A DNA stretch of 64,000 nucleotides from Malacoraja senta (lineage: Eukaryota): the NCBI GenBank assembly GCA_038087875.1, contig CM075992.1, forward strand, positions 11,286,001 through 11,350,000, written 5' to 3'. Shown here piece by piece: positions 1 to 11,489 of this stretch. The position numbers were made by a program, and so were the translations under genes. The notes beneath the pieces are model-generated. The model was not told the origin of the DNA, made no database searches, and was given only the letters and a program-made list of their open reading frames with translations. Position 1 is the stretch's first letter, and each line of letters begins with the position of its first letter.

Positions 1-25
1 CAATTTTTTGCCCGATTAATGGCGG

Positions 26-123
26 CCAATCAACCACCGTCTCTAAGGGAGGTGCGTCCAATCACCGACGAGCTTCCCTTAAAATTCCTTTCCAATCAAC
101 AAATCGGCCTCCTCCCGTCCAAT
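26..123 (+). promoter_or_regulatory. Four tandem CCAATCA boxes (NF-Y-type promoter), probably of the downstream hAT transposase
   Basis: CCAATCA at 26, 58, 92 and 119 (spacing 32, 34, 27 bp), ~300 bp upstream of the ATG at 412. Confidence 0.4.
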
Positions 124-411
124 CAGCCGCTGTCTCCAAGGGCATTACTTTTTCTATTATCAGGCCCCAATAAGAAACTGCATTTTCAGATTAATTGTTT
201 CAGTTACATTAGAATGGATGGGGAGAAAATTAAATAAATAGTACCAATAGTTTTTCCAGCCTAAATCGGGAGTGGTGAATTTTATTGTGAGTGGTTTTAT
301 TTAGCAAAACAGGAGTGCAAGCGGAAATATTTTATTATATATCACCATCAAATTTTATTATATATCACTATCAAATATCTATACATTTCAGATGTGTGTA
401 CCCCTGTGAAA

Positions 412-813
412 ATGAGCAAACTGAGATACTTTAAAAGGCAGCGTCTTCAGATCGATGAAGAAATAAATGATAATGAAAACATTCAGCCAGAAAAGAAGGC
501 AAAATTACTTGAAAATGATAATTGAACTAATGCAGCTGTTTCGCCTGATGCTGCAGGTGAAGACATTTCAAAAGATATTGAAAAAGGTGATCTTCCAGAC
601 TGTTGGACACAAGAAATGTACTTAAACAAAAAGAAAGAATATCCCTGGCTAATTGTTAAAAAGAGAAAACTAGGATGTAGTGTATGTAGCAAGTGTGGTC
701 ATCTTGGACTTGAACGATCATAAGGAACTCATTTGTCTCGTGAGTGGTGCAGTGTTAATGTAGTAGGAGTGAGTGTTGACAAAGCAAAACAGTTAATGAG
801 TTTAAGAAAATTG
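412..813 (+). pseudogene. hAT-family (KIAA1586/ZNF862-like) transposase N-terminal fragment, interrupted by a DIRS insertion
   Basis: Frame from ATG 412 reads MSKLRYFKRQ...DLPDCWTQEMYLNKKKEYPWLIVKKRKLGCSVC...LSREWC...KQLMSLRK with two in-frame stops. The PDCW/YPWL/LGCxxC pattern resembles KIAA1586-like hAT proteins. It ends abruptly at the DIRS ATT (814). Confidence 0.6.
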
Positions 814-999
814 ATTTTACTTCGGAGTCACGTGAGTGACTACGTGAAGAGCCCATCAGCACGCATGCGGATCATTACGTCTAACGCATGGCGCGCTGAC
901 TGGCTGGCTGGCGCGCAGCTCCAGCAGCGGTCCTTTTTAAAGACCTCAGGAGTGTATGGAAACTCACCTGCGGTGGAAATTTTTGACTTATCGTTACAG

Positions 1000-2187
1000 G
1001 ATGGACAACGCGAGGGTGAAGGCTCGCAAGACTGCAGGGAGAACCGCTTCGGAGGACCGTGGGAGTACGGTCTGCGGTCGGCAGTCCGTTTCACCATCGC
1101 GGTCGCTGCAAGCTGCACAGCCAGCGACTTCCGGCTCGGTGCCCTTGGACAGCATTTTGCATACCCCGCGGGGGAAAGCAAAGTGCACGTCCAACAGGCC
1201 TGTAGACTCGGAAGAGTCTGGCCGGGAGGATTCGCCTCCCAGAGTGGGAAGGTTGGTGGACGCCTTTCCCAAGTAGAGCAACTGATGGAGAGAATGCTCC
1301 AACAAAATACACTCCGTGGTCGGTAGTCATACCACAGCGGGGCTCGGGAACCCGCAGCAGCACCCCTTGGACGGCTGCATGACGTCTCCCCATCTGAAGA
1401 TGGGAGTGGAGAAGAGTCCTGTGGGGACGACCGCTCGATGCAGGACCCGCGGGAAGCGGAGGTACCCGGAATGATTTCCAAATTTGCGGTGTCGTCACTT
1501 GTTGGAGAGCCGCTGGAGGAAGAGCTGGCGGCAAGTATAAAACATCTGGTCTCCCACCAGCTGCAGGAGCAGGTCATCATGGAGACAACCATGCGGTATC
1601 ACGCACCCAGCAATTGTGCGTCCCTGAAGGTACCGGTGGTAAATAGTTCCATATGGAACCACATTGGGAGCGGTATTAAGACCCAAGAACTGAAGCTCCA
1701 GAGAATTCTGAATCTGCTGGGGTCAGGTCTGACAGCTTTCGCCAGGTCGGTGGACGGCTTCACATTATCAGATGCGTAGCGGGACGCAATGGCATTGTTG
1801 TGCAATGCACACTTTGAAATCAATTGTTTTCGGAAGAATGCCATTCGTCCCGTTCTCAACCCCAAGTTTGCGGGGTTGTGCAAAGCTAGTAATGTGCAGC
1901 CACCAAACTTGCTGCTTGGGGATGACCTGTCCAGGCAGGTGAAAGACCTCGATGAGGAGTCAAAGGCTGTGGGGCTTCTTCGGGCTCCACCAGGGAACAA
2001 GCCGTCGTCGTTCCGCCGCTTCCAGCCTTATTCTCTATCCATCACAAGACCGGCTGGGCAACCAATGAGTCCGGGAAGAACCGGACGGAAGTCTGTTTTA
2101 GGGCAAGGACCGAGTCGACCCACTATGAAGATGCGCAGCTACTGTCCACAAGCACCCCAAAACCCCAAACATCGGGGAAGGAAATAA
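1000..2187 (+). pseudogene. DIRS gag-like ORF1 (disrupted)
   Basis: ORF pieces 1438-1779 and 1789-2187 (PSNCASLKVPVVNSSIW, IRPVLNPKFAGLC, LLLGDDL) are homologous to the ORF1 pieces of copies 2 and 3. Confidence 0.7.
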
Positions 2188-2199
2188 CTGGCCAGAATC

Positions 2200-5100
2200 C
2201 ATCTAGTACGGAGGTAGGTGGGTCTGGTTCACATTGTAACATACCGAGTGTAGAGTTATTGCATGTTGGTGGTAGGTTATGTTTCTTTTTGCATGAGTGG
2301 CGTTGGATTACTTCTGATTTGTTCATACTGCATAGTGTTGAAGGGTTTAAAATAGAATTTACGGGCGCGTTGCCACCCACGCAGCATGTTCCAAGCCGTA
2401 CCTTTTTGCGTTAAAAAAAAGAACGATTTGGAAGTCGAGGCTGAAATTGAAACTCTGTGTGAAAAAAGGGTAATTGAGAAAACCAGGTATGCGCCACACC
2501 AGTTTGAGTCCAATATTTTCACCAGAGAAAAGAAGGATGGGGGGTGCCGCATTATAATGGATTTAACCCAATTAAACACTTTTGTGCAGTACAAACATTT
2601 CAAAATGGAAAGCTTTGTTACGGCGAAACATTTAATTTCCAGGGGGTGTTATATGGCATGTATTGATCTCAAGGATGCTTATTATTCGGTCCCTATTCAC
2701 AAAGAACACATGAAGTAACTGAAGTTTAGCTGGATGGGGCAGTTATCGCAATTTAAAGCCCTGCCTAATGGGTTGACCTCAGCTCCTAGACTGTTCACTA
2801 AAATACTAAAACCTGCACTGGCTCTTTTACCAGCACAGGGGCACATAGTCATGACTTACCTAGATGACATCCTCATCATAGGCAAAGCTATGGAATTAGC
2901 TATTTCGGCAGTTTCAGCCACTAAGTTTGTGTTTGAAAAGTTGGGTTTCCTAATTCATCCAGTAAAATCCAGGTTGACTCCATCCACTATCATGGATTAC
3001 TTGGGATTTAGTATTAACTCCAATCACCTGGTTGTAACGTTGCCCGAGGGCAAGAGATTGAAGTTAATAGAGTCCTGCAGCAATATGATTGCACATCAGC
3101 TGCCTTCAATTCGACAAGTGGCAAGCCTAATTGGAAAATTGGTTGCTGCATTTCTGGCAGCAAAATTTGGGCCTCTTCATTATCAGCAATTGCAAAGAAC
3201 CAAGGTGCAAGCACTTAAAAGGAATTTGGCCATTTTGACAGGGCCATGCAATTATCGGTTGAGGCAATTGACGAGCTCCAGTGGTGGATATTCAATCTTG
3301 ACTATTCTGGCAATATTTCAATTGAAAACCATTCAATGGTATTACAGACTGATGAAAGTGCGTTAGGTTGGGGAGCCACTGACACCCTTTCTAGCTGTGG
3401 TGGCAGATGGACTGTGCATGAACTATCTTTTCTACAGGTGCATGGGGTTAACTATTTGGAGTTGCTTGCAGCCTTCTATGGTCTGAAAGCTTATTGCGCA
3501 TACATGCAGCAGCTGCATGTTCAGTTACAGATAGATAATACTACTGCTGTAGCTTACATAAATCACATGGGTGGTATCAAGTCAGTATCATGTGATAAAT
3601 TGGCTAACCTCATTTGGCACTGGTGCATTATTCGGAATATTTGGGTGTCGGCAATCTACCTACCAGGTAGATTCAATACCTGGTAGGTAGGTTCTGCACT
3701 CAGCTGGTTCCGTTCTTACCTTTCCAACCGATCCCACTTCATCTCTCTCCATAACCACACCTCTGCCACAGCCACTGTCACTCAAGGCGTTCCCCAAGGC
3801 TCCGTTCTTGGTCCCCTCCTCTTCATCATCTACATCCTCCCCCTTGGTCATATACTCCGTCACTTCAAACTGGACTTCCACTGCTATGCTGATGACACCC
3901 AGATCTATCTCAGCACCAAGTCCCCCCACCACCCCCCTCTCTCCCATATCAACTCCTGCCTATCAGCCATCAAATCTTGGATGCAACTCAACTTCCTTAA
4001 ATTAAACAGTAGCAAAACAGAATTTCTCCTCATTGGCTCCAAATCAACACTCACTAAAATCAACAACCCCACTCTCACTATCTCCTCAGGCATGCAACCT
4101 TGGCGTGATCCTTGACTCAACCCTCTCCCTTGAGCCTCACATCCGCCATGTTGTCAAAACATCATTTTTTCACCTCCGCAACATTGCAAAAATCAGATCG
4201 TCTCTCACACCCCCCGCTGCTGAAAGACTCATCCATGCCTTCATCTCCTCCCGACTGGACTACTGTAACTCTCTTCTTTTCGGAATCAATTCCAGCAGCA
4301 TCAAACGACTCCAACTGGTCCAGAATGCAGCCGCCCGACTCATTACCCACACCAACTCCTGGCACCACATCACCCCAGTTCTCAAAGAACTTCACTGGCT
4401 TCCCATTTCCCACCGGATCACCTACAAAATCCTGGTCCTCACCTACAAAGCCCTCAACAACCTGGCCCCCCCTTATCTCATTGACCTCCTCTCCCCCTAC
4501 CAACCCTCACGGTCCCTCAGATCCACATCAGCTGGTCTCCTCTCCACTCCGAATTCAAACCTCTGCACTTTTGGAGGCAGAGCCTTCTCCAGGGCAGCTC
4601 CCAGGCTCTGGAATTCCCTCCCACAACCGGTCCGAAATTCTGAGTCCCTCACCATCTTCCAGTCCCGCCTCAAGACCCATCTCTTCACCTCTGCATACCC
4701 TTAGTCCCATGTTCCCCTCCCCTCTGTCTTACTGCTCTATTTTGTTTTGTTTATTCCTGACTCTCAATTGTAAAGCGACTTTGAGTCCTGAAAAGCGCTA
4801 TATAAAATAAATCTATTATTATTAATACAGTGGCGGACACCAGGTCACGTAAATTCAATTAGAACACAGAATGGATGTTGAATCATAGAGTATTTAAGGA
4901 CATTATTTCTAGGTACGGAACACCGGATATGGATATGTTCGCTTCAAGGTTAGACCATCAGTTACCTTACTATGTTTCGTGGGAACCAGACCCAGGGGCT
5001 GTAGCTGTAGATGCGTTCTCGCTACATTGGGGAGGAATGTTTTTCTACGCATTCTCCCCATTCTGCCTTGTCACTCGCTGTCTGCAAAAGATTCAGCAGG

Positions 5101-5285
5101 ACTCTGCCTCTGGCATTCTGGTAGTCCCTGATTGGCCCACTCAGCCATGGTACCCGCTTGTTCTCGGCATGGTGGTACAACCAGTTTGGAGGATACCCAA
5201 ACACAAGTCGTCTTTGACTAACCCCAGGTCCGGTGAAGTGCATCCTCTGCATGATCGACTCAATTTGTTAATTTGCAGGTTTTGA
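2200..5285 (+). pseudogene. DIRS RT-RNaseH-DNA adenine methyltransferase-like ORF (disrupted, split by L2 at 3680-4823)
   Basis: KKDGGCRIIMDL, HFKME, IDLKDAYY, LPNGLTSAPRLFTK, YLDD; RNase H QTDxSxxGWG, NYLELLA, DNTTAVAYIN; MT EWML, PDMDMFASR, YAFSPF, VPDWPTQPWYP. Confidence 0.88.
3680..4823 (+). mobile_element. L2 LINE, 5'-truncated, inserted in DIRS copy 1
   Basis: [13 protein letters not shown] and YADDTQIY RT motifs; LIHAFISSRLDYCNSLL and LKELHWLP L2 C-terminus; 3' end TGTAAAGCGACTTTGAG..GAAAAGCGCTATATAAA with (ATT)n tail; AATAC duplicated at 3675-3679 and 4824-4828. Confidence 0.92.
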
Positions 5286-6076
5286 GAAGACCTTTCCTTG
5301 GACTGGGACTAGCTGAGCATACGGTGGATGTTTTAACTGCGGCATGGAGAAGCAGTACACAGAAACAATATGCATTGTATATCAGGAAATGGGAATTGTT
5401 CTGTGCACAGTACGATATACTGTATGACGAAGTGCATATCACACATGTTCTGGAGTTTCTCTCACATTTATACCATGATGAGAGATTAAGTTATAGTGCA
5501 ATAAATAGTGCCAGGAGTGCGCTTTCGTCATATTTACATTCAGGTTCACAACAACTGGCTGTGGGCTCGCATCCATTAATTTCTATGTTCATGAAGGGAG
5601 TTTTCAATTCTAACCCTCCCAGGCCCAGATACACAGATATTTGGGAAGTAGGGGTGGTTCTTAAGTCACTACGTTCATGGGCTCCACCATCTTCCCTGTC
5701 TCTACTCCAGCTGACGCACAAGGTGGTCATGCTGATGGCCTTGGTGTCGGCTCAGAGGGTCCAATCCTTGCAAAAGCTACGGTTGGATAGTATGCTCACT
5801 TCGGACAGTGTGTCCACCTTTTTCATTTACGACAACATTAAACAAAGTAGACCAGGGTCCTCGGGGCTTAAATTACGGTTCATAGCATATCCTTTGGATC
5901 CCGAGTTGTGTGTAGTTCGTCACCTCAGGCAATATATGAAAGTTACCAAAGAGCTTAGAGGTTCGGTGCTAGCACTACTAATCAGCCATAAGAAGCCACA
6001 CAAGAGTGTCTCTACCCAGACCATTTCTAGGTGGCTCAAACTAGTTCTAGCCCATTCATGTGTCGATACTAAAATG
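5273..6076 (+). pseudogene. DIRS tyrosine recombinase (truncated)
   Basis: WRSSTQKQY, LSYSAINSARSALS, LMALVSAQRVQSL, KQSRPG, LCVV, QTISRWLKLVL; C-terminal catalytic residues are missing. Confidence 0.88.
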
Positions 6077-7040
6077 CTCGGTGGTAAATGCCTCGGGGTA
6101 AGACATCTGGTGTTTGTTGACCACGGCGTGCAGCTCCTCCAGTGCCAGACGGACGTCTGCCTGGGGTGGGATGTAGACCGCGGTCAGGATGATGGAGGTG
6201 AATTCCCTTGGGAGGTAGATGGGATGGCACTTCAGCGCCAGATGTTCTAGGTGTGGAGAGCAGGAGTTGGACAGGACTGCCACGTCTGAGCACCACGCAG
6301 AGTTGACCATGAGGCAATCTCCCTTTTCCAGATGCCAGTGTACGGTCCATACGGTGGATGGAGAACCCTTCTGGCTGGGCCGCTGGAGCTGGGGGTGAGC
6401 CATGTCTCTGTGAAACAGAACACAGAGCATTCCCTCAGCTCCCTTTGATAAAGCAGACTTGTCTTTAAGTCCTCCACTTTGTTTTCAAGGGACTGTACAT
6501 TGGCCAGTAGGATAGTATGGAGTGGGGGCCGAAGTCCCCTGCGCTTCAGTCTGACCTGATATCCTGCCCATCGGCCACATTTCCGAACACAATGGAGGCT
6601 TCCCCTTTGTTTCCAGATACTGAGCTTACTTTACCTGCTGTTTCTGCGAACCAGCGCTGGAACGGGGATACCTTCACAGACGGCAGCTCCAGCTCCGTAA
6701 CGAACGGGGGTTCCCTCAAAGTCGGCAGCTCCAGCTTCAATTTTTCCTGGAAGATCTAGCCCGTCGGCTCTGGAGGTCATCCCGGAGTTTCCAGGTAGCA
6801 TATCTGTGATCCTCAGTCGGGTCGGGATTTTTACAGCAAGCGTGGGAAAATTTAAAGTCCCGGGCTCCCGCAGCTGCAGGAGATGGCGAAATTGCGAGAG
6901 CCTTGAGGTGCTCAAGCAGCTCGTCCGAAACGGCACCGTTTTCTGCCGTTTTCCTGAAACAGGTGAGTTGATGGAAGTTGTATCTAAGCCTTTTATGTTC
7001 TGGTGCTCCTCAAAAGTCGCCGCAGGAAGGCGCCATCTTG
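6077..7040 (-). mobile_element. Rex1/Babar-like LINE 5' portion (APE endonuclease N-terminus plus probable 5' region)
   Basis: Minus strand reads ILLANVQSLENKVEDL, RECSVFCFTETWL, YLPREFTSIILTAVYIPP (6077-6560). 6560-7040 is less certain and ends in CAAGATGGCGCC. Confidence 0.65.
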
Positions 7041-7910
7041 AGAAACCTATAAGATTGTTAATGGTTTGGACACGTAAGAGGCAAGAAACATGTTCCCGAT
7101 GTTGGGGGAGTCCAGAACCAGGGGCCACAGTTTAAGAATAAGGAGTAAAGGGCCTGTTCTACGGGCATGCGACTCCATGCGGCTAGCGCGACCTAACGTG
7201 GTCGCTTGAGCCGTACAGCCTCGCGGGGCCGGTCCCACTTCGATCGGCGGAGCCGTATGGAGTTGTGCGGACCTGGTCCCGACATCGCGCGGAGCTCCAA
7301 AAAACTGACCGTGTTCAAAAATTCCGCGCGGCAACGGCCTGCCGGCCCGCAGCCGCCTCGACGCCGTACGCACCGCCTCGACGCCGTACGCACTGCCTCG
7401 AGGGGCAGCATCTTGACACCGTACGCAGCGTCTTGACGCCATACGTCCCGCGCGAACTTCCCGCGTTATTCACTCGACCTCCGCACGGCCCCCGCTTCCT
7501 GTATGGTCGCGCGTGCCGCATGCAGCCGAATGCTAGTGAGACCAGCCCTGAACGGGGATCACTCGACCTCCGCGTGGCCCCCGCTTCCGGTTAGGTCGCG
7601 CTTGCCGCATGGAGTCGCATGCCCGTGGGACAGGCCCTGAAGCCATTTAGAACAGAGACGAGAAAACACTTTTTCTCACAGAGATTGGTGAGTCTGTGGA
7701 ATTCTTTGCCGGTGGAGGCAGGTTCACTGGATGCTTTCAAGAGAGAGCTAGATAGGGCTCTTAAAAATAGCTGAGTCTGGGGATACGGGGAGAAGGCAGG
7801 AACGGGGTACTGATTGGGGATGATCAGCCATGATCACATTGAATGGCGGTGCTGGCTCAAAGGGCCGAATGGCCTACTCCTGCACCTATTGTCTATTGTC
7901 TATTGTCTAT
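7041..7910 (+). mobile_element. CR1 LINE 3' fragment split by a MITE
   Basis: GGGGAGTCCAGAACCAGGGGCCACAG...GAAGGGCCGAATGGCCTACTCCTG-type 3' end with (TCTATTG)n tail. Confidence 0.85.
7149..7638. mobile_element. PIF/Harbinger-type MITE
   Basis: ~48-bp TIRs AGGGCCTGT(T/C)C(T/C)ACGGGCATGCGACTCCATGCGGC; 3-bp TSD TAA (7146-7148) / GAA (7639-7641); CR1 reads through once it is removed. Confidence 0.8.
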
Positions 7911-8750
7911 TCAGAGTAAGGACCATCTCTGCTAGGTGGAGGAGAATGTTGGCTGGTTCTGCGGTCGAGGAAGAAACAAAGGGCTTTAAGACCTTCCTGG
8001 TGGGGGATGGAGGTGTATAGTGGCTGAACATCCATAGTAAAGATGAGGGAGAGGGGGCCTGGAAAATGGGTCATTGAAGAGACGAAGGGCATGTGAGGTG
8101 ACTTGGACATAGGTTGGGAGGGGGATAGGATGCAGTCGAGATATGTGGAAATACCATGGGACAGGAGCAAGCAGAAACAATGGGTCGGCCATGGCAGGTC
8201 TGTTTATGGATTTTGGGGAGAAGATAAAACTGCTGTGCGGCGCTGGGGAACGATAAGGTTGGAGGCTTTGGGGAGCAGACAGCTGGAAGTGATAAAATCA
8301 AAAATGGTCTGTGAGATTATGGCCTGGTGCTCGTCTGTGGGATCATAGTCCAAGGAAGAGTAGGAGGAGGTGTCTGAGAGTTTGCACCTGGCCACAGCAC
8401 CAGACTACCACGGCACCTCCCTTGTCGCGGGGTTTAATGATAATGTTTGGGTTGCTGCAGAGTGAGTGGAGGGCTATACGTTCAGAGGGGCAGTGGTTAG
8501 AGAAGGTAACAGGAGTGGAAAATTTGAAATAAAAAGGTCAAAGGCGGGTAGAAGGCTGTCAGGGAGTCTAAGAGAAGGGGGACCATTGGAGATGGGAGAA
8601 GGGGTCATCACTGGGTGGTAAGGACTTACCATAGAAAAAGGCACGGAGTTGGAAACGAAGGAAGAAAAGCTCTACATCGTGGCAGACCTGGAACTCATTG
8701 AAGTGGGGGCGGAGCAGAACAAAAGTGAGGCCTCTGTTGAGGAAGACCTA
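7911..8750 (-). mobile_element. Penelope-like element RT fragment
   Basis: FYLLPKIHK, RPIVSACSCP, FTMDVQPLYTSIPHQEGLKAL. Confidence 0.85.
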
Positions 8751-9207
8751 TGTACTAAATGCCGACTAACCATCCAATCTACCCATGACACAACTTTCGA
8801 GGAACGATGCACCTGCACTCTTAGATCCCTCTGCTCTACAACTCCCCAGAGCCCTGCCATTCACTGTGAAAGTCCTGCCCTGGTTATGACTTCCCAACAC
8901 CTCTTACTCGTCTACATTAAGCTCTGTGAACCATTGCTCAGCCCACTTGCCCAGCCGATCAAGTTCTTGTGGTAATTTTTGATAAACATCTTTACTATCA
9001 ATGATACCACCTACTTTAGTGTCATCTGCCAACTTACTACTCATGCTTTGTATGGTCTCAACCAAAACGTTAATATAAACCACAAACAGCAATGGACCCA
9101 ACACCAATCCCTGAGAGACACAGCTAATCACCGGCCTCCAGTTGGAAAAACAACCCACCACCACCCTCTGCTTCCTTCCACGAAGACAATTCTCCATCCA
9201 GTTGATA
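8751..9207 (-). mobile_element. CR1 RT fragments
   Basis: GRKQRVVV, SQGLVLGPLLF, KLADDTKVGG. Confidence 0.7.
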
Positions 9208-9298
9208 GACACAATACGCTGGAGTAACTCTGTGGGTCAGGCAGCATCTCTGGAGAAAACGAATAGGTGGCGTTTCGAGTCAAGACCCGTCTTCAGAC
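9208..9298 (-). ncRNA. Penelope-associated short repeat with degenerate minimal hammerhead ribozyme
   Basis: Minus strand GTCTGAAGACGGGTCTTGACTCGAAACGCCACC contains CUGANGA, stem II and GAAAC; same family as 11407-11489. Confidence 0.55.
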
Positions 9299-9365
9299 CC
9301 TGTACAAATGTAAAGAAAAAATTATATTTCTGAACTGCAACTCCATTGCAATCCATTGCGAATTC

Positions 9366-9757
9366 TATAGAAACATAAAATTCTTAAAGGATTGGACAGG
9401 CTAGATGCAGGAAAATTGTTACCGATGTTGGGGGAGTCCAGAACCAGGGATCGCAGTTTAAGAATAAGGACTGAAATGAGGAAAAACATTTAGGACTGAA
9501 ATGAGGAAAAACATTTTCACCCAGAGCGTTGTGTATCTGTGGAATTCTCTGCCACAGAAGGCAGTGGAGGCCAATTCACTGGATGTTTTCAAGAGGGAGT
9601 TAGATTTAGCTCTTCAGGCTAATGGAATCAATGGATATGGGGAAAAAGCAGGAATGTGATACTGTTTTTAGATGATCAGCCATGATCATATTGAATGGAG
9701 GTGCTGGCTCGAAGGGCTGAATAGCCTACTCCTGTACATATGTTTCTATGTTTCTAA
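9366..9757 (+). mobile_element. CR1 3' end
   Basis: CR1 3' UTR motifs and (TATGTTTC)n tail. Confidence 0.8.
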
Positions 9758-10039
9758 TACATGCCAATATGTCATTTGCTTTCCTCACTAGATGCTGCCT
9801 CTTCATTCTGTCTGAGCAGAGTTGATGAATACCCTTGTGGAAACCAGTGTTGTTTAACAACCTGTGTCTGTGCTGTAATATCACAAATAATCTTTCCTGT
9901 TACATCACAGCAGCAGGATTAGGGAACTCTGGCCGAGGAGGGATTTGAGACACTGGTCAGGAAATAGATGGAGGCGCATGTCATGTATAGGTAGCTGGGA
10001 TCAAACAAATCCCCTGTAGCATGTGGGATACAGGAGAAC

Positions 10040-10845
10040 AGTTTGTGTGGAAATCTTAAAAGCAAAACTGGAACATCCAGAAAGCTATTGACATTACAGA
10101 AGAGGAGGTTTTGATGTCATTGAGGCTCCAGGGGCTAACCAGGTGCACCCTTGCATGTTTTAGGGAGCTGGATAAGAAATTGCTTAGTCCCTGGCGAATA
10201 ATGTTGTTTCTTGGCTAGCTGTGAGATATTGGATGACGGGAATGTGGCTGATGTGCCTTTGTTTAAGAACTCTGGAAGAATAAGCCGGGGAACTGCAGGC
10301 CAGGTGAGTCTAACATCAGTTATGGGTCAGTTAATAGTGGGTATTCTGAGCGACAAGGTATATCTGCATTTGGAAAAGCAAGGACTGATTATGAATATCA
10401 ACAGTCTCATAAGGTCATGTGATAGAAGCAGAATTATGCCATTCGGCCCATCAAGTCTACACCCCCATTCAATCATGCCTGATCTATCTCTCTGTCCTAA
10501 TCCCATTCTCCTGCTGAGAATGTATCTATCTCTGCCTAAAAAATATCCACTGACGGCCTCCACAGCCTTCTATGGCTACGAATTCCACAGATTCACCACC
10601 CTCTGCTAAAGAAATTCTTACTCATCTCCTTCATAAAAGAACGTCTTTTAATTCTGAGGCTATGACCTCTAGTTCTAGACTCTCCTACCAGTGGAAACAT
10701 CCTCTCCACATCCACTCTATCCAAGCATTTCACTATTCTGTACGTTTCAATGAGGTCCCCCCTCATTCTTCTAAACTCCAGCGAGTAGAGGCCCAGTGGC
10801 GCTAAACGCTCATCATATATTAACCCACTCATTCCTGGGATCATT
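10040..10845. mobile_element. Old CR1 fragment (+, ~10040-10400) and CR1 3' end (-, ~10410-10845)
   Basis: VSLTSVMG motif; minus ORF 10593-10844 LGLYSLEFRRMRGDLIETY. Confidence 0.7.
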
Positions 10846-11406
10846 CAATACAATACAATACAATTTATTTATTGTCATTTGAACCTCAAAAGAAGTTCAA
10901 ACGAAATTTGGTTTCTGCATTCATACAACAAGAAAAGAACTAAGACACACAACCCACACAATTTACACAAACATCCATCACAGTGAATCTCCTTCTCACT
11001 GTGATGGAAGGCAAAGTCTTGTCTCTCCCCTGGGAGGGATGTTGTGGCTTTGGAGCGGCCAGTAGTGTTATCCCATTGGAGGTGGCGAAAGTGTTGGAGG
11101 ATTATATGCTGTATGCGATGGCTGATGGGGTGGAAGGCGAGGACAAGGGCGACTCTTGTTGCGAATGGGGGAAGGGGGGCAAGAGTGGAGCTGCGGGATA
11201 TCGAGGAGACCCTAGTGAGAGCCTTATCTATAATGGAAGAGGTGAACCCTCTTTTCCTAAAGAATGAGGACGTCTCCGATGATCTAGTATAGAAAACCTC
11301 ATCCTGGGCGCAGATGCGGCGTAGACGGAGGATTTGGGATTAGGGGATAGAATCTTTACAGGAAGCAGTGTGGGAAGAAGTGTATTCTAGATAGCTATGG
11401 GAGTCA

Positions 11407-11489
11407 CAAAATACTGGAGTAACTCAGCGGGACAGGCAGCACCTCTGAAGGGAAGGAACGGGTGACGTTTCGGGTCGAGACCCTTCTTC
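11407..11489 (-). ncRNA. Minimal hammerhead ribozyme-containing short insertion
   Basis: Minus strand CTGAAGA-A-GGGT-CTCG-ACCC-GAAAC-GTCACC; flanked by a 14-bp duplication AGCTATGGGAGTCA (11393-11406, 11490-11503). Confidence 0.7.

Larger units (their letters stand above)
814..6076 (+). mobile_element. DIRS1-type tyrosine-recombinase retrotransposon, copy 1 (3'-truncated, interrupted by L2)
   Basis: Starts ATTTTACTTCGGAGTCACGTGAGTGACTACGTGAAGA, identical to the termini at 50096 and 54824. Contains gag-like, RT (IDLKDAYY, YLDD), RNase H, methyltransferase and YR segments. Ends before the YR HSTR motif; no ICR or right ITR. Confidence 0.92.

Noticed and set aside
733..1326. 197-aa ORF suggesting a transposase-DIRS fusion
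   Set aside because: TTG start, upstream stops, and it crosses the insertion junction into the DIRS leader out of the gag frame
5273..6250. 325-aa recombinase with a novel C-terminus
   Set aside because: Chance read-through from the truncated DIRS YR into antisense Rex1 sequence at 6077
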